A DNA stretch of 63,936 bases, filler included, from an uncultured bacterium (GCA_964471275.1; 5 parts of 5 records of this genome joined end to end with filler, not necessarily neighbours in it); one strand, 5' to 3'. Counted from the first letter of the whole stretch, positions 39,678-50,092 are shown. Program-made: numbers and translations. Notes: a model not told the origin generated them from the sequence alone.

Positions 39678-40637
39678 CTAGATCGAGACAATACGATCTT
39701 CCCGATCAGACAGATACGCGGCTTCGATAATCTCGAGTCCACGGAGGCCGTCCTGACCCGAGGCAATCGGTGTCTCGCCGTTTTCCGTGCAGGCTGCGAA
39801 ATCCTGCAGCAGACCGCTGTAGTAGTCAGGGAAGACAATCGCCTCCTCGACGACATCATCTCCCTTGACGATGCAGAGTGTCTTGCCGAGAAACAGCGAA
39901 CCTTCTGATCCAAAGATCTCGAGCACGTTACCCGCCTGGGGTATCGTGCAACTCGCCGTTAGCATACCGTGACAGCCCGAATCGAACGACACCAGTGCGT
40001 GGGCCGTCTCCTCCACGGGCCACTCGAACACACGTGAAGAACCCATATAGGCGATTCGCGTCACCTCTCCCTCAAGGAACCGGAACAGATCCAGGTAGTG
40101 GGTTGCGACATCGACAAGCGCCCCGCCGCCGCTTTGCGCAGGATCGAGACGCCACTCGTCCGCTTCACGAGGCGTCCACTTCGCAAGGTGTGCTCTCAGC
40201 TCGACGACCGTACCGAGCTCACCCGCACTCAGGAGTCGCCCGATTCGCTGATAGATCTCCCAGCCTCTCAGGACAAAACAGACCCCGAGCGTAACATCCG
40301 CCGAATCGCACGCCGCCACCATCTCCTCACACTCCGCGGCGGACATCCCCATCGGCTTCTCGCACAGGACGTGCTTCCCGGCTCCCGCGACGGCCAGAAC
40401 GTGCTCGTGATGCAGATTGACCGGACTAGAAACATAAACAGCATCGACGTCGGGATCACAGATCAGGTCAGCCGCCGTCGCGTGCGCATTGCTGACACCG
40501 TATTCTGCGGCCAACGCACTCGCTCTCCCCTGGTCCCGTACCATCAAAGCCGCAAGGCTCTGCCCATCCAGTCCCTGGATAGCAGGCATCACTCTTCTCT
40601 GCGCTACGGATCCCGCACCCAGGATACCCCAGTTCAT
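39678..40637 (-). CDS. Gfo/Idh/MocA family oxidoreductase
   Basis: WGILGAG, GKHVLCEKP, SGGGALVDVATHYLD; ATG at 40637. Confidence 0.9.
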   Translation of the reverse strand: MNWGILGAGSVAQRRVMPAIQGLDGQSLAALMVRDQGRASALAAEYGVSNAHATAADLICDPDVDAVYVSSPVNLHHEHVLAVAGAGKHVLCEKPMGMSAAECEEMVAACDSADVTLGVCFVLRGWEIYQRIGRLLSAGELGTVVELRAHLAKWTPREADEWRLDPAQSGGGALVDVATHYLDLFRFLEGEVTRIAYMGSSRVFEWPVEETAHALVSFDSGCHGMLTASCTIPQAGNVLEIFGSEGSLFLGKTLCIVKGDDVVEEAIVFPDYYSGLLQDFAACTENGETPIASGQDGLRGLEIIEAAYLSDREDRIVSI

Positions 40638-40646
40638 GGGGACACC

Positions 40647-40760
40647 AGGCAGTAGGCAAGTAGGCAACTAGGCAGACAGGTAAACCTTTGCTCTATGCCC
40701 GCTCTACCGACCTCCCGGCTTACCGACTTGCCGACTTGCCGATTCACCAACCTGCCGCCT
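40647..40760. repeat. Degenerate short (about 8-nt) tandem repeats in two opposed blocks
   Basis: AGGCAGT-AGGCAAGT-AGGCAACT-AGGCAGAC ... CTTACCGA-CTTGCCGA-CTTGCCGA-TTCACCAA-CCTGCCGC. Confidence 0.6.
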
Positions 40761-40777
40761 CTCACTTAAGCCCCTCC

Positions 40778-42061
40778 CTAAAACCGAACAACACACTCCT
40801 CCTCCATCGCCTTATCAGCCAGGAAACCAGTCAAATGACCATTCACGGAATCTTCGATCCGCGTGCACGCGAGTGACGGAGCACCGTCGTTGACCAGATC
40901 CACGAAGTCCTTCATCAAACGCAGATCGCCACCGCCGTGTCCTCCGAAAGCTCCGTGCATATCACCACCCTCGTTCATATCGACCCACGACTCGCTGTAT
41001 TCCTCGCCGGGACGAGGGTCGATATGACGAACACAGTACTTGCCATCTTCGAAGACGCCCTGAATCTCGCCTGCAGTACCGATCAGGTGGATGGATCTCG
41101 ATGGCCGCGCCGTGCCGCCGACCATATTGTGTGTCGCCGTACAGCCGTCCTCGAAGTTGATCGTCACGGACTGATGATCCACCACATCGTTGTCACACTT
41201 CCAGACACACCGGCCATAGTCGTTGTCACCTTCGAGCGAAGCGATCTTGTCATCGAGTGTCAGATTTTCGATATGCTCGAGTGTGTCCCATACGTAGAAA
41301 GCCCAACGTTTTGGGTGATCGATATAATGTTTGCGAGCAGAGTAGAGACAGTCAAATTCGATCTCGCAGTCGCCGAGACACCGGTTGCCTGCACCCTCGG
41401 GAGCCATCTCCGGACGAAACTGTGTGTTGGTTCCAAAGCTGCTGACCATCGTCGGATCCACCCCACTCTTCATCCACATGACAAGATCCAAATCGTGGCA
41501 GCACTTGGCCATAAGCATCGAGGATCGACACTTCTCCTTGTTGTTCCACTTCCCCCGCACATACCCCACAGCCATGTGGTGGTAACTGACGTGCTCGACA
41601 GTCTGCACGTTGATGACCCGCCCGATCTCCCCGGCGGCGACTCGCTCACGGATCGTATAGTAAAAAGGCGCATACCGGAGAACGTGACAGATCATCACCT
41701 TGCGCTTGTAAGTCCGCGCAGAGTCGACGAGCTGCTGCATCTCGTCCGCATCAGTCGCAAAAGGCTTCTCGAGAAGGATGTCGTATCCAGCTTTGAGGAG
41801 AGGGAGCGTTGTGGCTACGTGCTGATGATCCATCGTCCCGTTGATCGCACAATCAGCAAACTTCGGAACCGAAGACAGCGCTTCGGACGTTTCATACCTG
41901 CGATCTACAGGGATGCTGAATCGATCTCCGGTCTGCTCCCTGCGCAGCGCGATCGGATCCGCCATCCCCACAATCTCGAGCTCGTCCGGATGCTTTTCAG
42001 CGTATGAAGCATAAGTGAGGGCACGGTGACCCGCCCCGATAATTACGGCTTTTAGATTCAT
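40778..42061 (-). CDS. Gfo/Idh/MocA family oxidoreductase with Cys-containing insert
   Basis: VIIGAGHR, ILLEKP, CHVLRY, AKCCHDLD, YGRCVWKCDNDVVD, GGHGGGD; ATG at 42061. Confidence 0.9.
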   Translation of the reverse strand: MNLKAVIIGAGHRALTYASYAEKHPDELEIVGMADPIALRREQTGDRFSIPVDRRYETSEALSSVPKFADCAINGTMDHQHVATTLPLLKAGYDILLEKPFATDADEMQQLVDSARTYKRKVMICHVLRYAPFYYTIRERVAAGEIGRVINVQTVEHVSYHHMAVGYVRGKWNNKEKCRSSMLMAKCCHDLDLVMWMKSGVDPTMVSSFGTNTQFRPEMAPEGAGNRCLGDCEIEFDCLYSARKHYIDHPKRWAFYVWDTLEHIENLTLDDKIASLEGDNDYGRCVWKCDNDVVDHQSVTINFEDGCTATHNMVGGTARPSRSIHLIGTAGEIQGVFEDGKYCVRHIDPRPGEEYSESWVDMNEGGDMHGAFGGHGGGDLRLMKDFVDLVNDGAPSLACTRIEDSVNGHLTGFLADKAMEEECVVRF

Positions 42062-42158
42062 GAAAATCGGGTGTGGGAGATCGGGTGTGGGGGGCGTCGT
42101 CTTGCCACCCCCTACACCCCAAACCCCAAACCCGCCTTTCGTTCCTTGTCCATAAACC

Positions 42159-42239
42159 CGTAGTGGTCCCCCCAAAGTGGGACGTTTTCAAGCTGCCGTT
42201 AAAGTTGATTGATGTGCTTCATTCACTTCGTTTGGTGTT
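42159..42239 (-). mobile_element. IS3-family right end at contig edge
   Basis: Minus strand reads TPNEVNEAHQSTLTAA-stop then GTCCCACTTTGGGGGGACCACTACG, like a transposase C-terminus plus right inverted repeat; contig ends here. Confidence 0.6.
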
Positions 42240-42339
42240 NNNNNNNNNNNNNNNNNNNNNNNNNNNNNNNNNNNNNNNNNNNNTTAATTAATTAANNNNN
42301 NNNNNNNNNNNNNNNNNNNNNNNNNNNNNNNNNNNNNNN
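42240..42339. other. Artificial contig spacer
   Basis: N44-TTAATTAATTAA-N44. Confidence 0.97.
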
Positions 42340-42895
42340 TCTGGTGATGGTGACACATGTTCCCGAAGTCATTGAGCTGCCGAGGGACCAGCGAGAATGT
42401 GTACTGACACTTCCAGCTTGAATTCTGCAGCTTCTGCATCTGCCAGTCGGCATCCGTCCGAACTAGACGATGCTGACCCGTATGTGTGTTCACATCCGGG
42501 TCCAGACTGAGGGGCTCCAGGAACGCATCCCCAAAGCCGACATCCGCGACCATGGGGTTCTTGTCGCCAACCATCAGGATGAGATGGTCGAATTCCGCGC
42601 CCGGCGACTCAGCCGGTCCGACGCGTGCGGACAGCAGTGTCACCGGGAATCCGAGTTGCCGGAGCAGCCACGCAAACAATCCGTTGAGTTCGTAGCAGAA
42701 ACCTCCCCGTTTTCTCCCCACGATCTTATCGAAGAACAACGGGAGATCGATCGATATTCGGTTGCCGAGTGCGATGTCCAGATTCTCGAAGGGAACGGCG
42801 AGAAGGTGAGTTCTGTGCAGCTGATGCAATGTCTCGGGTGTCTGCTCTCGAGGGCCTGTGTAGGCGATCCTGTCCAGGTATGCTTCGACGTCCAT
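42340..42895 (-). CDS. Arylamine N-acetyltransferase (3' end cut by contig end)
   Basis: AYLDRI, VPFENL, RGGFCYELN, DHL, DVGFG Cys-His-Asp triad. Confidence 0.92.
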
Positions 42896-42911
42896 ATAGG
42901 GAACCGATTGC

Positions 42912-44090
42912 CTACTCGAAGCTGAACTGCTGGGTTCTGTTGGCCTCGATGAAGTCCCAATCGTATGTGACGCCCAGACCCGGACCGTCAGGGACCGGGA
43001 CACAGCCATCCGGTGACAGGTCTTCCGGTTGGTCTGAATACCCACATGTGTATACCGGGGCGACAATGTTTGGCATACCGGGACCCATCAATGCCATCTC
43101 GTACATGTGCGTGTTTCGGATGGCTGACATGCACAATCGATGAGCCGGGCCACATGCGTGAAGTTGCAGGTCCAGCCCGAGTCCCTCGCAGAAGTGAGCG
43201 ATCTTCATCACGCCGGTTATGCCCATGTCGTATTCGGGATCTGCGTGAATCAGGTCGCAGCCACCGTTGACCATGAACGACGCTTTCTGCTCGAGTCCCC
43301 TTACGTGTTCAGTGATAAGCAAGGGTGTCCTGATCTGCTCGCGCAATCGCTGGTGACCATAGGGCGATACAGCTGCGTCCCGGTAGGGGTCCTCATACCA
43401 GAAGAAGCCGGCGTCGTCGCACGCGCGACCGACCGAAAGCGCGTCGGTCCAGGTTAGGAGCTGACAGGCAGGATCGATCATCAATCGCCACGCGTTGCCG
43501 ACTCGTTCCCGAACGCCGAGCAGGTTCTCGATTTCACGGGTGACGTTACCGTCGTTCCAACCGTGGATCTTGAATCCGTGGAATCCCTTCTCCTTGCACT
43601 GTTGGGCAAAATCCGCGAAGGCTTCTGGTGAGCATAATCCGCCAACCGTATCCTGGCCGTGATATGTACTGGCGTAGGTTGGAAGCCGGTCCCTGTATCC
43701 GCCCAGCATGGTTTTCACAGATGTCCCCTGCATCTTCCCGCAGAGATCCCAGATCGCAATGTCGAGAGCACCGTGGCCCATGTGATCGTAGGCGCGGAGC
43801 TCCCTCTTGAGGTCGTCATATATCAGTTCACGATGCTCGGGATTGCGACCAAGCAGGACTGGGCCGAGCATCTGGGCCTGAGCGAAAGACGCAGGGGTCC
43901 CGACCCAGTGGGTGACGTATTCGCCGGTGGCACCGTCATCGGTCGAAATGCGGACGGCGAATCGTTTGGCGGGGAAGGAGGATCCCTTCACGTATGCCAT
44001 GTTGCCGACGCCGGCCGCGGCCTGCTCGAGGCCGATGTCGTTGACGGTGAACTGGAATTCAGTCAAGGATACGGAGCTTATTGTAGGCAT
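42912..44090 (-). CDS. Mandelate racemase/muconate lactonizing enzyme family protein
   Basis: DIAIWDLCGK, GFKIH, LMIDP, WYEDP, TEH, GITG. Confidence 0.88.
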   Translation of the reverse strand: MPTISSVSLTEFQFTVNDIGLEQAAAGVGNMAYVKGSSFPAKRFAVRISTDDGATGEYVTHWVGTPASFAQAQMLGPVLLGRNPEHRELIYDDLKRELRAYDHMGHGALDIAIWDLCGKMQGTSVKTMLGGYRDRLPTYASTYHGQDTVGGLCSPEAFADFAQQCKEKGFHGFKIHGWNDGNVTREIENLLGVRERVGNAWRLMIDPACQLLTWTDALSVGRACDDAGFFWYEDPYRDAAVSPYGHQRLREQIRTPLLITEHVRGLEQKASFMVNGGCDLIHADPEYDMGITGVMKIAHFCEGLGLDLQLHACGPAHRLCMSAIRNTHMYEMALMGPGMPNIVAPVYTCGYSDQPEDLSPDGCVPVPDGPGLGVTYDWDFIEANRTQQFSFE

Positions 44091-44245
44091 GGTGGCAGGA
44101 CCTTTTGGTACCACGGATCACACGGATTACACGGAGGGTGAGGACAAGCAGTCAAGGGACGCAGGTCTGACCCGGGCAGGAAGATAAGGAGTGTTCGTGA
44201 GGAATGAAACTGATGGGAAAGGGTGACCGCGGGTGTGGTGTGCTA

Positions 44246-45109
44246 CTAGTAAGACGACCAGCGTTCGATGATTTGATCGTCTCCGTTGAGGTGGAGGATG
44301 ACGTTTCCGGTCTTTGTGAATGATACGCCGGATGTGTCGGTGCCCTGCCACGTCATTCGGAGGGCGGCTTTGCTGCTATCGAGCAGGAGATCTTCGATCT
44401 GGACCGAGAGGACCGGATGGTCGGTCAGATATTGCTCCATGTAGTCGATTGTGGCCTGTGGTCCGGGCAGTGTGCGGGTGCTGGCACCGTGGTCGATGTA
44501 GCCCAGGGACAGCCGCTCCCGGCAAACAGACAGGTCGCGTTTGTTGATCAGGCGATCGAAGTACTCGCGTATGCGGTCCTGTGTGTTTGCGGGTGTGTCC
44601 GCCTTCAAGGTCGTGTAGTCCGGGTCGTCAGCGTGCAGATCCCTGACGAGCTCGATCTCGGATCCGTGTTTTTCACCGGTTCGCTTGAAACCCACGGTGA
44701 CGTAGAAGCCTTCCGGACTGCCCTCTCCCTCAACACAGCTAACGAGGAGCGTATCGGCTCCGGGCCGTGTCTTGACGTAGTCGATAAGCTGTGCGATGGC
44801 CTGTCGTCCAAAACCCTTGCCTTGATGCGGTGCAGCGATCATGAAGCGCCAGAGGAAGTACTTCGGTATCTCCGGCTGGTCGTTGAGCATCACGAAACCG
44901 ACCGGTATCTCAGCCGCGTAGACTGCCCTGGGCCACGCAGAGGACGAGAATGAAGCTTCTGCAATCGAGTATACGTTGGGTGCGACAGCTTCCGACTGAG
45001 GCGGCTCGAGCGTATCACTCAGACCGCAAATCTTCCGGAGAGATTCGCGCGAAATCTCACGCAGGGAAACTGGCGCACCGAGTTCGGGTGTAGATTCGCG
45101 CTCTGCCAT
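44246..45109 (-). CDS. GNAT acetyltransferase fused to a SnoaL/NTF2-like domain
   Basis: N-terminal LWRFMIAAPHQGKGFG and FYVTVGF; C-terminal YIDH...VQIEDL...DDQIIERW. Confidence 0.75.
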   Translation of the reverse strand: MAERESTPELGAPVSLREISRESLRKICGLSDTLEPPQSEAVAPNVYSIAEASFSSSAWPRAVYAAEIPVGFVMLNDQPEIPKYFLWRFMIAAPHQGKGFGRQAIAQLIDYVKTRPGADTLLVSCVEGEGSPEGFYVTVGFKRTGEKHGSEIELVRDLHADDPDYTTLKADTPANTQDRIREYFDRLINKRDLSVCRERLSLGYIDHGASTRTLPGPQATIDYMEQYLTDHPVLSVQIEDLLLDSSKAALRMTWQGTDTSGVSFTKTGNVILHLNGDDQIIERWSSY

Positions 45110-45115
45110 CGTTTC

Positions 45116-46204
45116 TCACTTTACCCGGTAACGATCTACAGCCTCGTCGTCCACATCGATTCCCAGGCCGGGTCCATCAGGAATTCTGACATAACCGTCC
45201 GACACTTCCAGGATTGCTCCCGATTTGACGAGTGCGTTCAGTGGCGACCAGGCCTCGGTCGGTGGTACCGGCGGTGTGTTGAACACGACTTCCTGCATCC
45301 GGCAGGACGGGATCGTCGCACCCACCTGGAGCGAGCCAATCAAGTTCATACCGTGCTGGCCGTGGAAAATGCAGTCGACGCCGAAGAGTTCAGCTGCGCC
45401 GGCAATCTTCTTCAAGTGCATCAGAACGTTCGCGCAATGGGGTTGAATAATGTCGAAGGACTGACCGGCAAGGTAGTTGTCATAGACTTCGAGTGGCTGG
45501 TGCTCGCCGCCCGTGATCGGTATCCTCGACACGGCACGCAATCTTGCGTGTCGCTCTATGTCGCCGCGGATGAACGGTTCCTCCAGCCATTGGGCGTCAG
45601 CCTCGAAGAGGGCGTCGGCGATCCGAAGCCCCGTCTTAAAGTCCCAATCCTCTCCGGGACCGTCACCTGTACGGTCGAGCATGATCTCCGCTTTGTCCGG
45701 TCCACCGAGACGAGATCTGATCTGGCGGACGGTCTCCACGTCGTCCATCGGGTCTGGACGCCAGATGCGGATCTTGAACGCGTCGAATCCCAGCGAGGCA
45801 TAGTGAGCGATGTCATCCGCCTGCTGATCGGGTGAGACTTGTGTCTGATGCGCATCAACCGGCCAGACGGTCGTCAGATACAGCTTCATCCGATCCCGGC
45901 AGCTCCCCCAGAGACGATGGAGTGGCTTATCTGCTGCTTTCCCAACGATGTCCCAGAGGGCATTCTCAGCGCCATAGAATTCGTGACCGAGGCCATCCGT
46001 GACGAGACGTCCAACCTGGATCGGATCCTTGCCTATCAAGAGGGCTGATGCCGCTTCGGGATCGACCTCCGACCAGCCATAGCCCGTGATTCCATCATCC
46101 GTACGGATTCGGGTGACACCGGTCTTGTTGTAGTAGCGGAGATTCTGTTGCTCTTCGGAAATCGGGATCAGGAGCTTGAAGGATTCGACAGATGTGATTT
46201 TCAT
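45116..46204 (-). CDS. Mandelate racemase/muconate lactonizing enzyme family protein
   Basis: RIRTDDGITGYG, ALWDIVGK, AFKIR, WLEEP, GGE, PDGPGLGI; ATG at 46204. Confidence 0.88.
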   Translation of the reverse strand: MKITSVESFKLLIPISEEQQNLRYYNKTGVTRIRTDDGITGYGWSEVDPEAASALLIGKDPIQVGRLVTDGLGHEFYGAENALWDIVGKAADKPLHRLWGSCRDRMKLYLTTVWPVDAHQTQVSPDQQADDIAHYASLGFDAFKIRIWRPDPMDDVETVRQIRSRLGGPDKAEIMLDRTGDGPGEDWDFKTGLRIADALFEADAQWLEEPFIRGDIERHARLRAVSRIPITGGEHQPLEVYDNYLAGQSFDIIQPHCANVLMHLKKIAGAAELFGVDCIFHGQHGMNLIGSLQVGATIPSCRMQEVVFNTPPVPPTEAWSPLNALVKSGAILEVSDGYVRIPDGPGLGIDVDDEAVDRYRVK

Positions 46205-46427
46205 TTGGCAATCCTGAGAATCGTAGGACCACGTGACTAGGTTGACGTAAGCTGCTCGCGAGATGCCTTGTGCACGGAGCCAATGATGGAAACGTAGAAA
46301 GCGTTTGTCAATATGGACGGACTGATGGGCGCTACAGGCGGCGGCGAGGGATACCAGAGACATTATCGGAGCGTGATTCCGCGCCGACGATATCAAGTTT
46401 CTATCTTCCGGAGCGAGATCTGGGGGA

Positions 46428-47201
46428 TTACTGGGCGGTGAAGCCGCCATCGAGCGGGAGCGCGACGCCTGTGATGAGGGCCGACGCATCAGAGCATAGC
46501 CAGACGACCGCTTGTGCGACTTCCTCTGCAGTCCCGAGACGACCGATGGGCTGGCGTTTCGAAATGGTTTCCTGGACGGAAGCATCCTCGTCGATGTATT
46601 TCTGCCAGAGAGGCGTCTCGATGTATCCAGGACACACGGCGTTAATGCGGATGCCCTGGGAAGCGAACTCTAGGGCCGACGATCGGGTAAGACCCAGGAT
46701 TCCCGATTTGCTGGCGGAGTAAGCAACGAATCCGGCAGTGGATCCGACGAGGCTGGAGATCGAACCAGAGTTTACGATCGATCCCCCTCCCGCCTCAAGC
46801 ATATGCGGGATCTGGGCCCGCATGCACATCCAGATTCCCTTCAAGTTGATCGACATGAGTCGATCCCATTCTTCTTCGCTGGTTCCGAGCGTGCCTCGGG
46901 AGGATTCGACACGTCCTTCGGTGCCGGCGTTGTTGTGCGCGTAATCTAATCGACCGAACTCGGCCACCGTGCGATCGACCAAATTCTGAACCGCCTCGCC
47001 GTCCGATACATCCACTTCCACGACGATTGCCGTACCTCCGTTATCGCGAATCGCCTGTGCTGTTCGGTCCGCGCCTGTTCTGTCAACATCAGCAATGCAA
47101 ACGCGAGCGCCGTGTTTGGCGAACTCGAATGCAGAAGCACGCCCGATGCCAGATCCTGCGCCGGTGACGATGGCTACTTTGTCATTGAAATCGAGTCGCA
47201 T
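46428..47201 (-). CDS. Short-chain dehydrogenase/reductase
   Basis: TGAGSGIG, NNAG, YSASK, NAVCPG, DGG. Confidence 0.93.
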   Translation of the reverse strand: MRLDFNDKVAIVTGAGSGIGRASAFEFAKHGARVCIADVDRTGADRTAQAIRDNGGTAIVVEVDVSDGEAVQNLVDRTVAEFGRLDYAHNNAGTEGRVESSRGTLGTSEEEWDRLMSINLKGIWMCMRAQIPHMLEAGGGSIVNSGSISSLVGSTAGFVAYSASKSGILGLTRSSALEFASQGIRINAVCPGYIETPLWQKYIDEDASVQETISKRQPIGRLGTAEEVAQAVVWLCSDASALITGVALPLDGGFTAQ

Positions 47202-47226
47202 ACGGATCGAACTCAGGGCAGTGGGT

Positions 47227-48024
47227 CTATTCTGCGGGCGGTTTGAGGGCGTTCTGGCCGAAGACGATCGGGTAGTGATCTCCGGTTCTTATATTTCTGG
47301 TCGCTGCGTCCATGTAGGCGGCGCTGAGCGCGCGACGAGGGCGGTCTGTCGTATTCACTCCCGAGCGATGGAGGACCAGGTTGTTGATCAGGACCGCTTC
47401 CCCTGCACCCACCTCGAGGTCGATGACCTTTTCGGGTTTGCAGTATTCGACCTGATCCTCTTTCGACGTGAAATGCCCCTCGTTCAGTATGCCGAGTTTG
47501 TGGCTGCCCGGTACAATCTGCACGCAACCGTTCTCGACCGTCGTATCGTCCAGTGCCGTCCAGACGGTCGTGGTCGGTGTGGCATCGATTCCCCAGCCTG
47601 CTCCAACATCCTGGTGCCAGGGGAGCATTGTACCTTTCTTCGCTGGTTTGTTCATGAACATGGACCGGAAGATGGAAATGTCCTCTCCGATGTAGTGGCG
47701 CGTCAGCAGCCGGAAAACAGGGTGCTGCATGTAATCCAGATACAGCGGGTCGTTGTGAAGTTCATCGATCCGCCGGTAGTTCACGGTCTTCTCCGTCGGA
47801 CCCACCGTTCGGGCTTCCAGGGCGTATTCCTCACTCTTCCCATCCAGTTGAAACGTGACGCCCGGGATCGTTGTCCGACCCATCATCAGGTCTTCAGCTC
47901 TCCGCCTGAGACCGGACAGTTCGGCTCCGGACAGCAAGTTGCCCAGGATAACGTATCCGTGTTCGTCGAAATGCTGATGGTGCTTGTTTTCGAACAGACC
48001 GAGCAAGGAAGAGATCATAGCCAT
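47227..48024 (-). CDS. Phytanoyl-CoA dioxygenase (PhyH) family Fe(II)/2-oxoglutarate enzyme
   Basis: PWHQD, WTALDD, ENGCVQIVPGSH, HRSGVN, RRA. Confidence 0.88.
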   Translation of the reverse strand: MAMISSLLGLFENKHHQHFDEHGYVILGNLLSGAELSGLRRRAEDLMMGRTTIPGVTFQLDGKSEEYALEARTVGPTEKTVNYRRIDELHNDPLYLDYMQHPVFRLLTRHYIGEDISIFRSMFMNKPAKKGTMLPWHQDVGAGWGIDATPTTTVWTALDDTTVENGCVQIVPGSHKLGILNEGHFTSKEDQVEYCKPEKVIDLEVGAGEAVLINNLVLHRSGVNTTDRPRRALSAAYMDAATRNIRTGDHYPIVFGQNALKPPAE

Positions 48025-48039
48025 TATCTGTGCGGGTGG

Positions 48040-48156
48040 TTACAGCGTTGCGAGCAGGACAATGATGCCACTCACCAGAAGTATCTGTGCGAGCAAGCCC
48101 TTCCTGGTGAGTGGGGATGAGTTGAAGGACAGGAACTCCTCATCCGACATATCCAT
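48040..48156 (-). CDS. Possible 38-aa single-transmembrane protein (below the ORF track cut-off)
   Basis: MDMSDEEFLSFNSSPLTRKGLLAQILLVSGIIVLLATL; same strand as neighbours, ends 15 nt before the PhyH start. Confidence 0.35.
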   Translation of the reverse strand: MDMSDEEFLSFNSSPLTRKGLLAQILLVSGIIVLLATL

Positions 48157-48437
48157 GTCGCCATACGTCCACGATCGCCGATCGTGTTGCCTTCTTTCAT
48201 GCGTCCGTCGGTGTTCCTGTCGACGGACCTTCTGCTCACGTCTTGACTGTCGGCGCCTTTCGGAAAAGCTGATGCTCTGGTTTGTTTGCCGTCTGTCCGC
48301 GAGATTCCGCCTGTCCTGTGCCCGTCGGTCGAGCGTCCTCCCGTTCGGCGTCTTCTCGGCGGTCCTGTCTCTCTCTCTGGTCCAGCGTCACGGTTGTGCG
48401 ATCCGTTGTGTCGGTCATTCGTTGATTCCGTCGCCTA

Positions 48438-49373
48438 TTAGAGCTGTTCTTCCAGAAACTGCTCGAATGTGGCATCCGCATGCTTCGCGCAGGCCGCCCG
48501 GATGTTGGCCTCCAGCTGCTGTTTGTTCAGGCTACCGATCGGATTGCCGTGGACGCGGTCGTCTCGCAGGCAGAACTGGATCGCCAGTTCGAGCAGGTTG
48601 AGCCCGTATGCCTCTGCCCACGCTCGCATCGCCTCGGAACGTTCGTGGTCTTCGTTCCATTTCTCTCGCGGTACGAAAATGTCTACCGGCTGACCAGTCA
48701 AGTAGCCGCGCATGATCGACCATCCGTTGAGGATGCCCATCCCTCTTTCGTAGGCAGCAGGCAAGACCGTGTCACGCGCCGTCTGACGGAGCAGGTTATA
48801 GTCCCCAAAGGTCAACAAGACGTCCGTGCGACCCGTTTCTATGACTTGAAGATGGAAATCGTGTGGCCGCATGCCGTATCCGAGGTTATCTACCCATTCG
48901 TTCTCACGCGCCTGCTCCAACCCCTCGAGCGTCCCATTGGTCGCCAAGGTCGGTTCGATCTCGTGAGGATCGTGGATCAACACGGCGTCGAACTTCTCGA
49001 TGCCCAGAATTGCCAGCTGGCTCTCAATGTCCGCAAGCGCTCTCTCCTTCGAGTAATCTGCACGGCCCTCTCCGTATCCACCCCATTCAGCGGCACTGTG
49101 ACAGCACAGCCTTCCACTGATGATGATCTCGTCACGACTGACTACGTCCTGCTTGATTGCCGCGCCCAGTTTTCTGAGCGAGTCACCGTAGCAGCGGGCA
49201 CAGTCGAAATGGTTGACACCGGAGTCAACCGCATACCGGATCAACTCGAATGCTTCGTCATCTGTGACAGGGCCGAAGTTATTGCCGAATCCTTGCGTGC
49301 CAAAAGGTACTACCGGGATTGATAGGCCCGTGTTCCCCAGCGTTCTCCGGGGGACAGTCAACTCATCAGCCAT
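48438..49373 (-). CDS. Aldo/keto reductase
   Basis: RRTLGNTGL, GVNHFDCARCYG, LIHDP, LAIQFCL; GAGG ribosome-binding site. Confidence 0.85.
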   Translation of the reverse strand: MADELTVPRRTLGNTGLSIPVVPFGTQGFGNNFGPVTDDEAFELIRYAVDSGVNHFDCARCYGDSLRKLGAAIKQDVVSRDEIIISGRLCCHSAAEWGGYGEGRADYSKERALADIESQLAILGIEKFDAVLIHDPHEIEPTLATNGTLEGLEQARENEWVDNLGYGMRPHDFHLQVIETGRTDVLLTFGDYNLLRQTARDTVLPAAYERGMGILNGWSIMRGYLTGQPVDIFVPREKWNEDHERSEAMRAWAEAYGLNLLELAIQFCLRDDRVHGNPIGSLNKQQLEANIRAACAKHADATFEQFLEEQL

Positions 49374-49651
49374 GATTTCCTCTAGTCATTCTTGCCGTCG
49401 TTCTGTCTGGGAAGTCAGATCTGACTGCACAGGTCCCGAATGACGGCGCTCCAACGGTCGCGCTGCTGGGGCTCCATTGCCGTGGGGATATTGCCCTTTG
49501 TCGGTTCTTGGGTCTGCTTCGCAGTAAGATATAACCCAATATGAACTACGAAGTCACGAAGACACCAAGAAAACGTGCCAGGGACAGGTCGAGCGGATCC
49601 CAGATCTCCGGATCACACAGATCGTCGGAGGATACTCCATAGTCTATGTAT

Positions 49652-49681
49652 AGAAAAGGACACCGATCGTGTCGGTGTCCT
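49652..49681 (-). terminator. Intrinsic terminator
   Basis: Minus strand AGGACACCGA-cacga-TCGGTGTCCT-TTTCT, perfect 10-bp stem. Confidence 0.75.
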
Positions 49682-49876
49682 CTCCCGCAATCTGGCCCCG
49701 GTCCTAGAGTGAACTGATTCAGAAGGGCGTCTACAGTTCAGATTTGTTGGAGTCGGACGTTTCACCGCATCGGACCTAGATCATTACTGGCACGCACGTG
49801 TTTGTACCATTCGCGCCGGGGGCATTCCTTTTCGGGTTCCGAGAAGTCATCGCGACGTGGCTCACGATTGTCCGTC

Positions 49877-49979
49877 CAGCCCTGGGGTTCGGCCCCGCAG
49901 TCCGTCTTGGCTCCGCTCTCGACAGACAGGCCGCGCGGCCACACCCCAGGCTAATGGCGGTCGCCCCGTTCCGGGGCTG
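49877..49979. repeat. Second REP-like palindrome family, copy A
   Basis: CCTGGGGT...ACCCCAGG stem then CTAATGGCGGTCGCCCCGTTCCGGGGCT; similar to 55249-55282. Confidence 0.55.
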
Positions 49980-50092
49980 TGACAGATATAGATTCGAGAC
50001 CGTGTCATCAACAGCGCGTGGAGAAAGCAGCGATTTCAAATCAACCTTACCTACTGGCTCAATGTGCCAACACCGATATGACACTGGACATT

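Noticed and set aside
49752..49778. GATGCGGTGAAA on the minus strand resembling group II intron domain V or a cobalamin riboswitch element
   Set aside because: The rest of domain V/VI, any reverse transcriptase ORF and the B12-box motifs are absent.
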